Source of the DNA: Lama glama | Taxonomy: Eukaryota | Length of the DNA: 64,000 nucleotides | Assembly (NCBI GenBank): GCA_028534125.1 | Contig: CM052816.1 | Span: 2,854,001-2,918,000, forward strand | Reading direction: 5' to 3' | Part shown: in pieces, positions 49,605-62,463 of the stretch | Position numbering within the stretch: position 1 is the first letter of the stretch | How the letters are laid out: each line of letters opens with the position of its first letter | Made by a program: the position numbers and the translations under genes | The notes under the pieces: generated by a model | Databases searched by the model: none | Seen by the model: only the letters and a program-made list of their open reading frames with translations | What the model was told of the DNA's origin: nothing

Positions 49605-49710
49605 AGAATGTTGAGCCTGAAGACCACTTAGTCACACCTCACCACTTCACAGATGAGTAAACTGAGGCCCAGAGAAGGGAAGTTTCCTGCCCAAGGTCAC
49701 ACAGCCTGGA
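49605..49710 (-). mobile_element. MIR SINE core
   Basis: CACAGATGAGTAAACTGAGGCCCAGAGAAGGGAAG..TGCCCAAGGTCACACAGC. Confidence 0.9.
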
Positions 49711-51484
49711 AGGCAGCTGTCTGCAGATGCCCCACAGCAGGCTGATCGACAATACCAAAAGCATCTACTGCAGGGAACAAACAGGTGATCGAGAACCACC
49801 ACTTCTCCAAAAAATGAGTGACTTACTCTTGCAAAAGCTCTGTGCAGAGTTGGAGGTGGAGTTTTAGAGGCACAAAGAAATCATGTGAAACACACTGGGA
49901 GGCTGCCCCCTTCCTCAAGTAGTAACCTTAGCCCTAGAAGGACTTTCCCCTACTCATTCTTCACGTCTCCGCTTAAAAAAAAAAAAAAGTGTTCTGGGAG
50001 GCCTTCCCTGACCTGCCCTCGTGCCCCGCGCCCTTGGGTAACACTCTTGCTTATAAACACGTATTTCATGTCCATCTTCCCCACAGATTCCACACTGTAA
50101 GTGCAGGAACACGTTGGTCCTGCTCACATCCACGCTGCCAGCCCCCGGCGCAAAGCCTGAACATAGAAGGTGTCCAGTGAATACCTGTTATGTGCGTCTC
50201 TTAGGTTTCTATTTAATGCAACTTGATTGTGGTTCATCTTTGTTTAGCATGACTGGATTGAATTAGACCTCCTGGCTTATTTTTGCCTGCTTTTACTTGG
50301 TCAAAGGAGCTTCTTGCCTGGGTGGTCGGTGAAGCTGTTCCTCAGAGAAGTTTGTCAGTAAAAACGCAGGTGAGAGGATCTCATCCTGTTTCATTAAAGG
50401 AAATTTGCTAACACTTCCTCCCTCTAACCTCATTACTGTCAGGACCCCTTTATAAAGCACGGGGTTACGACTATAAGGAGTTAATCAAGTTTCCTCTTTT
50501 CTTGAGAGGATAAAAATTTAGCTTCTGTGTCGACTGAGCTGTACGATGTTATCACTGCCCATTCTGGGGAGGACAAGCCTGTTCCTCTTAGTGACTGGCA
50601 TTTTCTCCAGGTTTTATTTTCTTGGAGCTTTTCACAGCAGCTGACAACAGCCTTAGGGAGAGGGCTGGCAGGTTAGCTGCCCCAAGACACAGTGGAGGGA
50701 GAAGGAACATCAGAAATGGAGAGCACGGGTCACTTTTAGGGGATCATCCTCTAATGTTCTGCCAATGTGTTTTTGGTCAAGACAATTAACAGTAACTGAC
50801 TCATAAAACTCTAGTAAAGAGTAGAGGTAGTCACTGTGAGGATAAAGAAATGTGTCATGGGAAGGCACTGAGAATCTGAACAACCAGGACTCAGGGAAGG
50901 CAGGAAACTGGATACCTTTGGGGTTTGACCTCATAGCACACACTCCCTCTTCTCTCTCTGCCCTTCATTCTTCACATTCTTCTCTCTAACCACCAGCCTG
51001 TGCATGATTTCTGCTTGAAAGCAGCTATCACGTGTCCTTCTCTTCATACAGTAACATTTTAATTCTAGCTCCTACTGCTAACTGGCAACTAGCTCTTTGT
51101 TTCTCAATTCCATATCCCCAAAAGAGGAATCTGACCTGCCTTGCTTGTTTGAATTGGGACAAACTCTAATAATAAGTCATAGGTTACTGGCAAGCCTGTA
51201 ACTGGTACTGGTAACAATGCTAACTTTGATTAATTCTGGTCCAATCAGTGTGGTAGGAATGAGAATGGAAGGAATGAGTTCCAAGGCCTAAAACACAGAC
51301 ATGCCCACTTGGGAGAGGGTGAAGGCAGAATTTCCTAAGAAAGCAGAGTAGATGATACAAACAATGCAAAAATATTAACTGCCCTAATCCTCTCCCAACA
51401 GGGGCAGGTAGCTGGTAGCTAAGGATGCAGAAATTTTCCTCTCTTTAGGACAGTTTTATCAGAGTCTCTGCCTCATCGGTCCTG

Positions 51485-51850
51485 TGAAGACAGACCAGTT
51501 TCATCCACCAGTATCTGTGACCCTCTACCCAGGGCTTTTGCAGTCATAGGTGCATGTTCAAGGTAAGCCAGGGGTGCCTGTGAGTTGATGGCACCAGATG
51601 AATGGGAGTTGGTAAATACCTCAGATGGTATGGTCCTTAGACGGGACAACCCTGAGGCACATTCTGCACTTTCCCCCAGAGGTCCAGAGTATGACTGAGC
51701 CACAGTCACCCACAGAGACAAGCTGCGCAATGACAACAGCCCGTCCTGGCTTCCTCCCTTCCTTGTCTCAAGTCTCCACCCCACTGCCTGTGCCTCTGAC
51801 ATTTACAAATCCTGGTTCAGGGTGTGCTTCTTAAAAACTCAATCTAAGAA
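51485..51850 (+). mobile_element. ERVL LTR16-family LTR
   Basis: ATGGGAGTTGGTAAATACC..GGGACAACCCTGAGGCACATTCTGCAC..AATCCTGGTTCAGGGTGTGCTTCT. Confidence 0.75.
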
Positions 51851-52209
51851 AACAATTTTCCAGATTTAAGAGTTGGAACAAATGCTTTCTCCAGATCTGT
51901 GCTCCCTCTGTCATGATCTCCTGTCCTGTGCTATGAAACAATCACCACAAACACTTAAGGATGGCAAAACAATGAACAAAATCCACAGACTCATCATTTC
52001 CTACACTAAGGTTTGTCTGCTCTGCAATTATCATTGCACAAGTAAGTGTTTAGCACCTAGATCTTCTGTACTTAGGGAACAGGTTGTGCCCCAGTAATAC
52101 AAACAATCATTTAAGCCAGCTTAAGAAATGAACCAGGTGGTCAGTTTCAGAAATCTGTCACAGTCAGAAAAGCTCAGTCAAAACCAAAAAGGTCATTTTA
52201 AAACAACGC

Positions 52210-54150
52210 AAGTTCTTCAAATGGAAAGGTACACTACGTCCATGCTTAAGAACTCGACACTGACATCATAAAGATATCAACTCTGCCAAGTTAATATATA
52301 AATTTAATGCAACCCAAGGAGAAAGTATCAGCGTTATTTTTGAACTATTTTTATATGGAAAAATAAACAAGTAAAACTAGCCAGAAAAATCCTATTTAAA
52401 AAAAAGGAATGAGGCCAAATTAGCCCTGCCAGATATTAAAATATGATGTAAAGGCACATTAATTAAAGAAACATAATACTGGCCCATAAATAGACATGTC
52501 AATGGAATATTCCAGTTACAGACCGAAAAACATACAGGAAATTAATATATGATAAAGATGCATTACTGTAGAAGTGGTGTTCACACAATGGATAGCCATT
52601 GAGAAAAAAAAGAATTGAATCCATTCCTCTAGTCTTAGAACAAACTAAATAACAGATGGAGCAAACATTTAAATGTAAAAACTAAAAATCACAAAATTAT
52701 TAGGAAAAAATAGAAGAAATTTTTGTACAGTCTTAAGAGTGGGGAAGGCCTTCTGAGCATGATACATAAATCAGAAGTCATGGAAGAGAAGACCGCTCAA
52801 TTTGACTACAAAAAAATTATTAAAAATTTGCCCAGTAAAAACTCCCATAAGCAAAGTAAAAGGAAAACATTAGAAAAATGGGGCTGATTTGTACAATTCC
52901 TACCATAAATGGCTCTATTCCCTAGCATATAAAAAGCTCCTAGAAATTATTACAGAGAATCAACAACTCAATATTTGCCAATAGATGTGCAAAGGAGACA
53001 AGTAGATAGTCCACAGAAAAGGAAATTCAAATATTAAAATACGACTCGTTTCCATCACAATTAGTCTAAAGGAAAAACACATTCCTGTATGAGTCTCCTT
53101 TACTCTCACATTACTTTACTATACCTCACCTCTGACACCAGATGGGCAGGTTTTTCAAACATCAAGCAATTCTTCCACCCCAGCTGAGTGTCTTACAGTA
53201 TAAACTCCATTCTGACGCTATGTTCCTAGAGATAGCAGCAGATCCCACCGGTTGAGTGCTCAGTCCTACACGACGTCAGATGCCACTTCATCATTTTGGA
53301 TGCCAATGTTGCCTGTGCTTCTGACCCACTGACTTAACTCAAGAGGTTCCCAGGAGCCCCTCCTTGGCTTTGATTTCATTTATTGGAGTGGCTCACAAAA
53401 TTCAGCAGCACTCTTCACTTACTAGATTACCAGTTTGTTATAAAAGGATATAACGCAGGAACAGCCAGCTGGAAGAGGTGTGTAGGGCAAGGTATGGGGA
53501 AAGGGCTGCTGAATTTCCATGCTGTCTCACCCAGCATCTCCCCGTGCTCATCAATCCCGAAGCTCTCCAAACCCCACTCTTTTAACTTCACTGAAGCTTT
53601 GTTATGCAGGCATGATTGACTAATTCAACCTCAAGGCTCTCTCACCTCCAAGGAGGCTGGGGAAAGAGGGATGAGATTGAAACTTGCAATCCTCTAACTC
53701 TGGTTGGCTCCCCTCGTAACCAGCCCCATCCTTAGGGGCCTTCCAAAAGTCACCTCATTGACCCCAACTCAGGTGTGGTTGAAAGGGTTTTGTTGTGAAT
53801 ATCAAAAGACACTCCAATCACTCAGGAAATCTCACAGGTTTTAGGAGTTTTGTGCCAGGAAAGACAGGCAAAGACCAAATATATATTTTATTATACCTAC
53901 CTCCTAAAATTAAATCTTACTAATAATAAGGTAAGTACAATTAAAGCTACAGTGAAATACCATTTTCAAGTCAAATTGGCCTATCAAATTGGCTACATGG
54001 AGAAGTTTGATATCACTGTGTTGACGAGGATACTGGGGAACAGGAAATCTCATACACTGCTAGTACAAGTACGAAGGGCAGAATCTACTGAAATTTTAAA
54101 TGCACATAACCTTCGATCCAGCAAGTCTACTCTTGTGGGCAATTCAGAAC
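52210..54150 (+). mobile_element. Ancient L1 ORF2 3' region, interrupted by a MER21-like LTR
   Basis: CAAGTTAATATATAAATTTAATGCAA, TAGCCCTGCCAGATATTAAAA, AACATTTAAATGTAAAA; resumes after about 53900 with AATTAAAGCTACAGTGAAATACCATTTT. Confidence 0.85.
53070..53897 (-). mobile_element. MER21-like LTR
   Basis: ATTCTGACGCTATG..CAGATCCCACCGGTTGAGTGCTCAGTCC; TTATAAAAGGATATAAC; TTTAGGAG..GTGCCAGGAA..CAAAGACCAAATATATATTT. Confidence 0.85.
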
Positions 54151-54161
54151 CCTCTTGAGAA

Positions 54162-54345
54162 CAGGGGTCAGCAAACTTTTTTCTAAAAAGGACCAAATAG
54201 TAAACATTTTAAGCTTTGGGCCATGTGGTCTCTGCCTCATGGTGCTATGCAGTGTGAAGTTGGCCGTAGAAAGTACACCCATGAACAGGCATGGCTGTGT
54301 CCCAATAAACAGAAAGAGCTATGAGTGGGGACAAAGTGCCGACCA
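54162..54345. mobile_element. MER58A
   Basis: CAGGGGTCAGCAAACTTTTTTCT..CCAAATAGTAAACATTTT..CATGGCTGTGTCCCAATAAA. Confidence 0.88.
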
Positions 54346-54349
54346 TTGT

Positions 54350-55290
54350 CTAGCATCTCCTCCTCCAGAAGCCAGTAGCCACAGAAAGGCTGGGCACTCC
54401 CTCACTGTGGCAGAGACCACTGCTGTCCCCAAACTCCATTTCTTTCCCATGGTAGATCAGCAGCCAGGCCAGGACTTGGATGTCCAGACAGGGACTGCAT
54501 TTCTCAGCCCTCCTGAGAGCTTGGTGGCCATGTAACTTGGCTCTCGGTGATGTGGGAGCAAAAGTTCTGTTTCCACCTTTGGCTCATTTGCTTAAGCAAG
54601 ATTTCTTAGGAAGAAATCTCTGCTCTTTTCCCCCTTCTCACTGACTGCTGACAATGCTGCAGAATAGCACTAAATAATTGCATAAAGCCACGTTCTGAGA
54701 ACGGCAGAGCTGCCATCAACCAGAGTGCCTGAATGACCAGAGGGGCAGAGCGGCCCACAGTCCCACCCAGAACAGAAATTGTTCCAAGTCTGGTCTGAGA
54801 GGAAGAACCTTTTTTGGCTCACAACCACTTTCTGAGAAGTTAGCATTCCTGATAAAATGCTTAAGCAATTTTCTGTGAACTTTAATGGGATTAAGGTTTG
54901 CTCTAGGAAACCAATTACCCACATGCCCAATTACCCACACACTCAGTTGCCAACTGTCAATCAAGGGTCCACTGACCTTTAACCAGACTTTCTTTCCTCT
55001 CTGTGTCTAGTCTAACAACGATTATCTAACTGAACTCTTTTCCTTTTGAATGTCCCTGTCAAAAGTAAATTTGGGAAGTGGCCTTCTATGGTCCATTTCC
55101 CTTATGTGCCTGATCTTAATAAAACTTTGATACATGCTCAGACAGCTAAACTGTCTGAAAAAAAAGTTTTCTTTAACACTTGGAACATTCACCTGGTACT
55201 GGAACATGAGTGAAAAATAAATTTATTTCTCTTTGAGCCATTCAATTTTGGTCTCTATTTCAGCAGCTTAATCTACCCTGATCCATTCAC
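54350..55290 (+). mobile_element. MLT1-family LTR with a nested ERV1-type LTR (about 54796-55177)
   Basis: MLT1 motifs GACTGCATTTCTCAGCC..TGGCCATGTAACT and ATGAGTGAAAAATAAA..GAGCCA flank an insert with AATAAA (55118) ending TTTTCTTTAACA. Confidence 0.65.
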
Positions 55291-56649
55291 ACTTTATAAA
55301 TTTGCTTAAATTTACTAAGTGCTTACTTTGTGCGGGAGCCCATATTAAGCACTTTACATGCATTATATGTCACTGAACTCTTTCTTTTCCACTGTAAATG
55401 TCTGCACCTACGACTGGATGCCAGGCCAGGACCACCACCACTAATAATAATAGTAGTTTCAGCAGCAATAATAACCATAATAATACTAGTAGTTAATACT
55501 TATTGAATACTTACTAAGAGCCAAACACTTTATACATTATTCTTTACAAACTTAACGGGAATTCTTATAGAAAAAACAAGTAACCAACCCAAGTTTTATC
55601 ACTAGTGTTAAATTAATCTCTGCCATAAGTTAACTGACTGTATTTAGAAAATGAAAGGAAACTTACTGCTTTCCTAAGACAAACTCCTGACAGTAAAGCT
55701 TAACACAATATCCTTGGTTGGGCAAGATACAGAGAAAATGAAGCTCCTCTTAAAAGTGATATGATTTCCCCCAGAACAGATCAGCATCACTGGGTAAGAA
55801 ATGGTGGTGGGATTTTTTTCTTTAATGCTTTCCAAAAAGGGACATTATTTTTATAGGCTGAGAAGCACCATACGCTTTTGCTGTTTAGGGCTATCTCACT
55901 GGTCCTCCAGAAGGCAAAGCTTTGAAGGTGCTCTTCAAGACTTTTCTCACACAGGCCCATTCCTTTCAGGAGAAAGAAAGCATCTCACTTTGCCCCCAAA
56001 CAGTTGAGTCCATTTTAAACCAACCTCAAATTATAAGCATAGGAGGAAGAACTGGATTTTGATTTGAAGCACGTCTGGGCCGGGGATATTTTTACAGCCT
56101 TTTCTCTAAGGGGATTTAAGAACAGATATATACTAATATTGCACTTCAGTACGGTTAAACGGATTTTTTGGTTTTGCCTTTGCTTTTGTAGCTGTGCCCA
56201 AGAACACACGGAGGGGCTCATTTCTGCAGTCTTGGGAGCCAGAACTCATGCACTCACCCTGGCCCTGAAGGAGCGGGAAGTCCTCCCTAGAGAATCTCTG
56301 TGGCTCTCTCAGGTGAACCAGCCTCCCGGGACTACGCAGAACTCAGCTTCTCCAGTGACACACTCAGGCAGCAAGAAAGAAAAAGCTGAGACAACATAGG
56401 GGTTGTCCCACCAGTGTCAAAAGAGGTCTGGCTGCCCCACCTGCCCTTTGAGACTAAGAAAAAGTTTAGGAATTTGTAGACATTTTCAAGTTATGGAAGT
56501 CTTGAGAAAAAGACATTTGGAGTTCCTGCATATGAGGAAGAGTTTAAGTAATACTGGGAACAGAATTCATCCACCTGTGCATCCATCCACTCACTTTACA
56601 AATAACTATTGAGGACCTACTATATGCCAAGCACTGTTCAAAACTCTGG

Positions 56650-57005
56650 GGGAAGAGGGAGAATCAGGGGAGCACTGGCTGAGGGTACCAAGTTTCAGTT
56701 ATGCAACATGAGTAAGTCCTAGAGATCTGCTGTAAACCATAGTGTCTATGGTAAACGACAATGTATTGTATATTTTAAAATTTGCAAAGGGTAGCTCTCA
56801 TGTTAAGTGTTCTTATCATAAAAATAAATAAGTAAATAAAGAGGGTGGGAGAAAACTCTTGGAGGTGATGGATATGTTTACAGCATTGATTGTGGTGGTG
56901 ATTTCATAGGTGTATATTTATCTCCAAACTCATGAAGTTGTGTACATTAAACATGTACAGCTTTTTGTGTATCAATCATGCCTCAATAAAGTGATTCAAA
57001 AAAAA
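56650..57005 (+). mobile_element. L1MA10/L1MB-type 3' end inserted in an L2 3' end
   Basis: GGTACCAAGTTTCAGTTATGCAA..TTGGAGGTGATGGATATGTTTA..CAATCATGCCTCAATAAAG; L2 terminus on both sides (56565-56650 and 57006-57035). Confidence 0.9.
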
Positions 57006-57649
57006 TCCACTAGGGATACAATAGTGAACAAGGTAGTCAAAGAGATGTAACTACGTTTGTAACCTGTGTGGTGGTTCATACAAGCATCAAATGTAGAATT
57101 ATTTTGTAATGTCACATGTGTCTTTTCGGTTTACACCTGTGTTCTCACTTGCCCACCCATTTTAAGCAGTGCATTTAGCCCTCACTCAGCTTTCCATTGG
57201 GTTCAGACTTGTGTAAATGGGAGAGTCAAATAAATGCAAAGAGCCCTACAGCCATGACACATTACATCACTGTCATTCATCAACCCCTTTCTAGTGTAAC
57301 AGCAACTGGGAGGCCTAAGAAATCCTGGAGAGGGAGAGAACTAATAGTGCTTCCAGGAAGAACAAGAGGAGCTGGTGGCCTCAGCAGGGGTATGGGAAGG
57401 GAGCTGCCAAGAGACTGAAGAAAGATGAATTGAGCACAACTTCCACTTGGAGAGACTGAAGGACTTTCTTGAAGAAGGACCAGAAGGCAACAGGATAATT
57501 AGCAACACACTGAATGATGTCTGGTATTGGACTCTGTAATTAACTACTCATATGTAACTTCACATGTATCTGAACCTCTAAACAGCTCATTGCCATTTAG
57601 GAAAGAGGCAAGGTTATACCTTATGTAACAATACGGAGAAAAATCTTTA

Positions 57650-58020
57650 CTTACCAGGAGAATCCACCCACCCCAAATTTTCTTAATTGGATGAATAATT
57701 AAATTACAAGCTTTGATGATGGAGGAGGCCTCCAAGAGGTGCTTGATGAGCACCCTGGGGCTAATTCTAGGGTTTGGTTTGGCTGACAAGGGTCTATAAA
57801 TTGGGGACACAAATTGAATAGGCTGGGTAATAAAGCAGTCTTCAGAGATTGTTTGGAGTAAGAGACGGGAAATGACAAGGTCGCCGGCAGACGACAGAAC
57901 AAGGATGAGGGCTTTATTAGTTCTCCAATGTGTGGTCTGATGCAAATCATCTGCCTCATTTCTCATGAAATCTTCAGTAAAAGTCCATTCTTGTTGACAT
58001 GCCCTGTTGCTGGGGGTTCA
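57650..58020. promoter_or_regulatory. Candidate conserved enhancer
   Basis: Repeat-free; TAATTAAATTA, two TGACAAG, octamer ATGCAAAT (57940-57947) abutting E-box CATCTG (57948-57953). Confidence 0.55.
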
Positions 58021-59679
58021 CCAAAGACCTTAGGGAAGAGTGTGAGTACCAGCTATGCATAGCAGTCTACCACATCTGGGTTCCAATTAGAAATATTTAA
58101 AGAACTAGAGCTACACGAGGTCCACTGCATGGAGCCTGCTGCTTAGTGCAGGGTTACAGGTCTGGAGATAGGATTTTTAATGGTGTCGAATATATTTGAA
58201 ATACAGTATTTTGAAGGGGCAACACCAAGGCAGTGTTTTATAATCAAAACCAGGTTCCCACTTTTCAAAAATGAAGCTGTCTAATCCTCAAAGCTAAGGG
58301 AACATAGCTGGTATAATTTCCCCATTTTCAGAAGAGATGGGACTCTGGATCGGCAAGACTAGGGAACTGCACCAAGGTCACTTTTCCCAGTGATGACAAG
58401 AACCAGAGAACCTGGCTCTCCACTGAGACACAGACACGATCCATGGAGTCTAGGAGCCAGATTCAAGCACAGAACTTCATGAAGCTGATCTCCTAAAAGT
58501 AAGTTCCATTTTCTTCTCCCTCAAAAGGTTGCTGAGACACCATTGGGTGGCACTATTGCTTACATTTTAAAATTCCAGATACTTAAGCAAAATCACATTT
58601 CAAACCCAGCAGCAGAAAGAAGAGCAGAGCTTTCTTCAAAAAGCTCTAAAAGACAGCATCCTACCAGCGTGCACCGCCCATAAGGTCCAATTACAGAAGG
58701 CTCAAAGTTAGTCAAATATGATTTCTTGGGAAATGACCCAACTCATATAAAAGACAGTCTACCAGATTCAGTGAGCATCAGCATCGTCATTACCATTTCC
58801 ATGCAATGTGACGTCCTAAATAGCTCTTTCCTTCATCAGAGATGGATTGCCAGCAATTGCCACTCACTTCTGCTTAGGGGATAATGGGGAAGGCATACTG
58901 TTTTGTGGCTTTTCCTTTCCGCAAACATGCTTAAGCCTTGGTTAGTCGATTACCCCCATGACTCCTATATCCATTTACAGTAATTTCTATTAAGAAAAGT
59001 TCCACCTCTTACACTAATGGGAGTCTTGATGATCAACTCAAGGTCCCTAGCTACTATGTTTAGCTACTATCCCCGCTTGGACTTCCAACACCTTTCTCCG
59101 AGCTATAGAAAAATGGATCTTTGAGGAGTAGAGTGACTCTCATTATGCTTCCTCTCACACCCACCCCCCCAGCAGGTAGAAATAGGCACAGTGACAGAGA
59201 GCAAATCAACACTGGGAACAACTGTTACAGTTGCCACTGTCTGGCACAGCACACACAAGCACACATGTGTCACACACAATGGAATTTTATTCAACAGAGC
59301 AACGCTGTATTAATTATATTTTTCACTGTTACTATTTTTCCACTGGTTTAAGTATCTCCTTCCATGCTGCTACTCCAGAGTAAAACCAGACATGTCCGCT
59401 GCTAATTGCATTACAATGAAAGATGCCACTATCACAATGAATTACATGTGCCACGTTTTCTCAGAGGCGCATTCCCAGATCCTAACAGCCAGAGGAACAA
59501 CAGACGAGAAGGAAGACCCAAAAACATAAGCCATATATAAAATAGGAGGGGAAAGACAATAGAGAATTACCCCAAGGTTTGATGTAATGGATATGACTGG
59601 CAATGGGAGCCCCTCCCATTCGAGCCTGGCTTCTAGAAAACTGAGAAGAAAAAGCCCAAGACAGAGATTTTAAACAGAG

Positions 59680-59850
59680 TCCTCACCTTGCTGGTCAGTG
59701 TGATCCACAGAGTAGCAGGAATGGCATTGCCTGAGAGGCTGATAGAAATGCAGATTCTCAAGCCTTGCCTAGATTTGATGAATCAGATTCTGCATTTTCA
59801 CAAACAAGTAGGTGATGTGCATGTACACTAAAGCTGAGAAGCTCTGCTCT
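59680..59850. mobile_element. MER5A
   Basis: TAGAAATGCAGATTCTCAAGCC..GAATCAGATTCTGCATTTT. Confidence 0.8.
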
Positions 59851-60882
59851 AGCTCTTTTGGGGTATGAGAAAACAGAAGCCTCCTAATGATGGAGGGCCA
59901 GTGCTTAGTGTTTGGCTAAACTGAACCTAGCAGAGGTTAAGAACGGGAGTAATGTTTAAATTTCTTTTCAATGTGTTACCAGGACTCTTGCCCATAAATT
60001 CTGAGACAGAGTCAACTGGACAATGTGTTGATATGACAAATTATTTTTAATGTCCATTTCTGCCTGTACTCTGAATATGCCATGTCTCATAGTGTAAGTA
60101 CTTGCAAGTTGCAACTTGATATAAAGATTGTTTTTTATTAGTGACTTTGTCCTTTTACATGATATTTTAAGTTCTATTTTTTAAATCCAGCCTATTGTGT
60201 CCGTATCTATTGTAATTTCAATAATTGGATATTAAGATTGAAACTTAGAATAAATTTTTCAAAGCTGAAATCATGAAAGTATAGGGTCACCATAGGGAAA
60301 TACTTCAAAAATACCTCAAAAGCTCATGTAGAATTGGTGGACCTTCTTGCTCCTTTAAGGACCAATGTTGATATTCAGAGATGCTGCCTTTGTCAGCAAA
60401 CCCTCTCCCTACTTCCTTTCAAAAAAAAAAAAAGATAATATAATGAACAAAGAAGTTACTACTGAGTACTGAAGTTCAGGGCTGATGCTCAGTGATAAGC
60501 ACAGAACCACACCACTTGTTTACAGCTGGTGGCCAATCTGATTGATCGGTGCCTATGGTACCAGCTGTTCAATATTTTCAACATCACTCATTCCTATATT
60601 CTAGTTAGTGTCACAGACCAAGGAGTGTCTGGAGAGTGGAGAAACACAGTCATTAAACAAAGCATGGTTAAGACAGTTCCCTTCCTCTCCAACATGCACG
60701 AGCAGGACCACTTTCCTTTCACGTAGATACATGAAGTAAGCTTGGGAGGCGTGTGTGAACCTGGTCTGATGTGAGAACACCTGGAAGAGTTTAGACATAG
60801 CTCCCTTTTACCCACTGTTTGATTTGAACCCCCAGGAAAATGCCCATTTTGAACCCACCTTTCCCCCTACCAAACAAAAGGG

Positions 60883-60885
<3 letters not shown>

Positions 60886-60933
<48 letters not shown>
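60886..60933. repeat. (AAT)16 microsatellite
   Basis: Perfect 48-bp trinucleotide repeat. Confidence 0.97.
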
Positions 60934-60935
<2 letters not shown>

Positions 60936-60974
60936 CAATGACAGCATCAGAGAAGAACAATGAGACACGCAGAT

Positions 60975-62145
60975 ACATTTAATTCATATATTTATTCTAC
61001 AATAGTTATTGAGCATTTGCTATGTGCTAAGCAGAGTTCTAAGTGCTACAGGATACATCAGTGAACAAAACAGACAAAACTACCTGCTTCCATGAAGCAG
61101 GTCTGTCTCAGGGGAGACAGACAATAATCAAGAAACATAGTAAGAAGTCACATACTGTGTTAGATGCTGATAAGCTCTATAGGAAATAACAGAACGGACA
61201 GCAGGAGCATTGGGGGCGATAGGGGAAGGTTTACACTTTTAAGTGGGAAGGTCAAAGGAAGTCTCATTTGAGCAAAGACTTGTAGGAAAGGGGAGAGTGA
61301 GAGATGCAGATTTCTGAAAGAGGAGCATTCCAGGTATGACTGGCATTTTAAGGAAAGGAGAGGAAATTTATGGAGCAGGATGATCAAGTAGAAGAGTTAA
61401 AAGGAAATAAAGTCAGCCAGGTAATAGGGGCGTGAATTAAGTAAGGCCTTTTATAAGTAAGGACTTTCACAAAAACTTCAGCTTTTACTCTGAGTCAGAT
61501 GGGGAGTCAATGGAGGTTTTTGAGCAGAAGAGTGGAATGATCTAACTTACGTGTTTCGACAGAATGACTGTGGCTGCCGTTTGAAAACAGACTACTGGGG
61601 TAAGCAAGAATGGAAGAGACCAGGTGGTAGGTTTCCACAATAGTGCAAGTCAGAGATGAAAGAAGCTTGGACTAAGGTGGTAGCAGAGATGGTGAGAAAT
61701 GATCAGATTCTCAATATGTTTGGAAGGTAGTGCCCACAGGATTTGCCAATGCTTTGCACATGGGGTATGAGATAATGAAGGAAATCAAGGATGATAAAAG
61801 TTTATGCCTAGGTAACTAGAACATTTTCGTGAGAACGGCAAGCTTGTGGGAGGAAGAGCAAGAGTTCATTTTGGACACATTGAGTTTGAGGTGTCTATGG
61901 GACATCCAGGTGAGGATCCCAGATACAGGAGTTCAAAGATGGGGTTCTGAGTAAGAGATAAAAATAAGTGTTGACAGCACATGGAGGTGTTTAATGCTAT
62001 GAGATTGGACAAGGCCCCCTAGAAGAAGAGTAGAGGTTGATAAGACTGAGCCAGAAGCACTCCAAGAAGAGGGCAGGGAGAAGAGGGGGATCCACCAAAA
62101 GAGAGTGAGGAGGAACAACCAGTGAAGTAGAGAAGAGCCACGATC
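60975..62145 (-). mobile_element. L2a-like LINE, about 1.2 kb from the 3' end
   Basis: TTATTGAGCATTTGCTATGTGC..CAGTGAACAAAACAGACAAAA..GCTTTTACTCTGAGT..TTTTGAGCAGAAGAG..TTTTGGACACATTGAGTTTGAG. Confidence 0.92.
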
Positions 62146-62428
62146 TGACAACGCAAGACAAATCATTCTATTTATTCTTCTACGGCAAAACTAAATTTTG
62201 GAGATTTAATCAGTAAAATGTTTTGTTTTATTTTTGTTTCTCTTTGTCAGAGAGTGATGTTTTCCCCTTCATCACTCTTCTGTTTAAACAAGATCGTGGT
62301 GTTCATTCTCTCTGGGAAAGGTAGACACAGAAGAAACACAAAGAGAGATAAAGGTCAACCTTGAGTTTCCAAAAGCAAAAGTCCTAACAAAAATGAATGT
62401 TTTGCAGGGAAAAAAAAAACCGTTCAGC

Positions 62429-62431
<3 letters not shown>

Positions 62432-62460
<29 letters not shown>
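62432..62460. repeat. Poly(T)29 tract
   Basis: Seen directly. Confidence 0.95.

Positions 62461-62463
<3 letters not shown>

Noticed and set aside
60886..60933. Repeat arrays as CRISPR-like structure
   Set aside because: Ordinary microsatellites; there is no repeat-spacer structure, and the DNA is mammalian.
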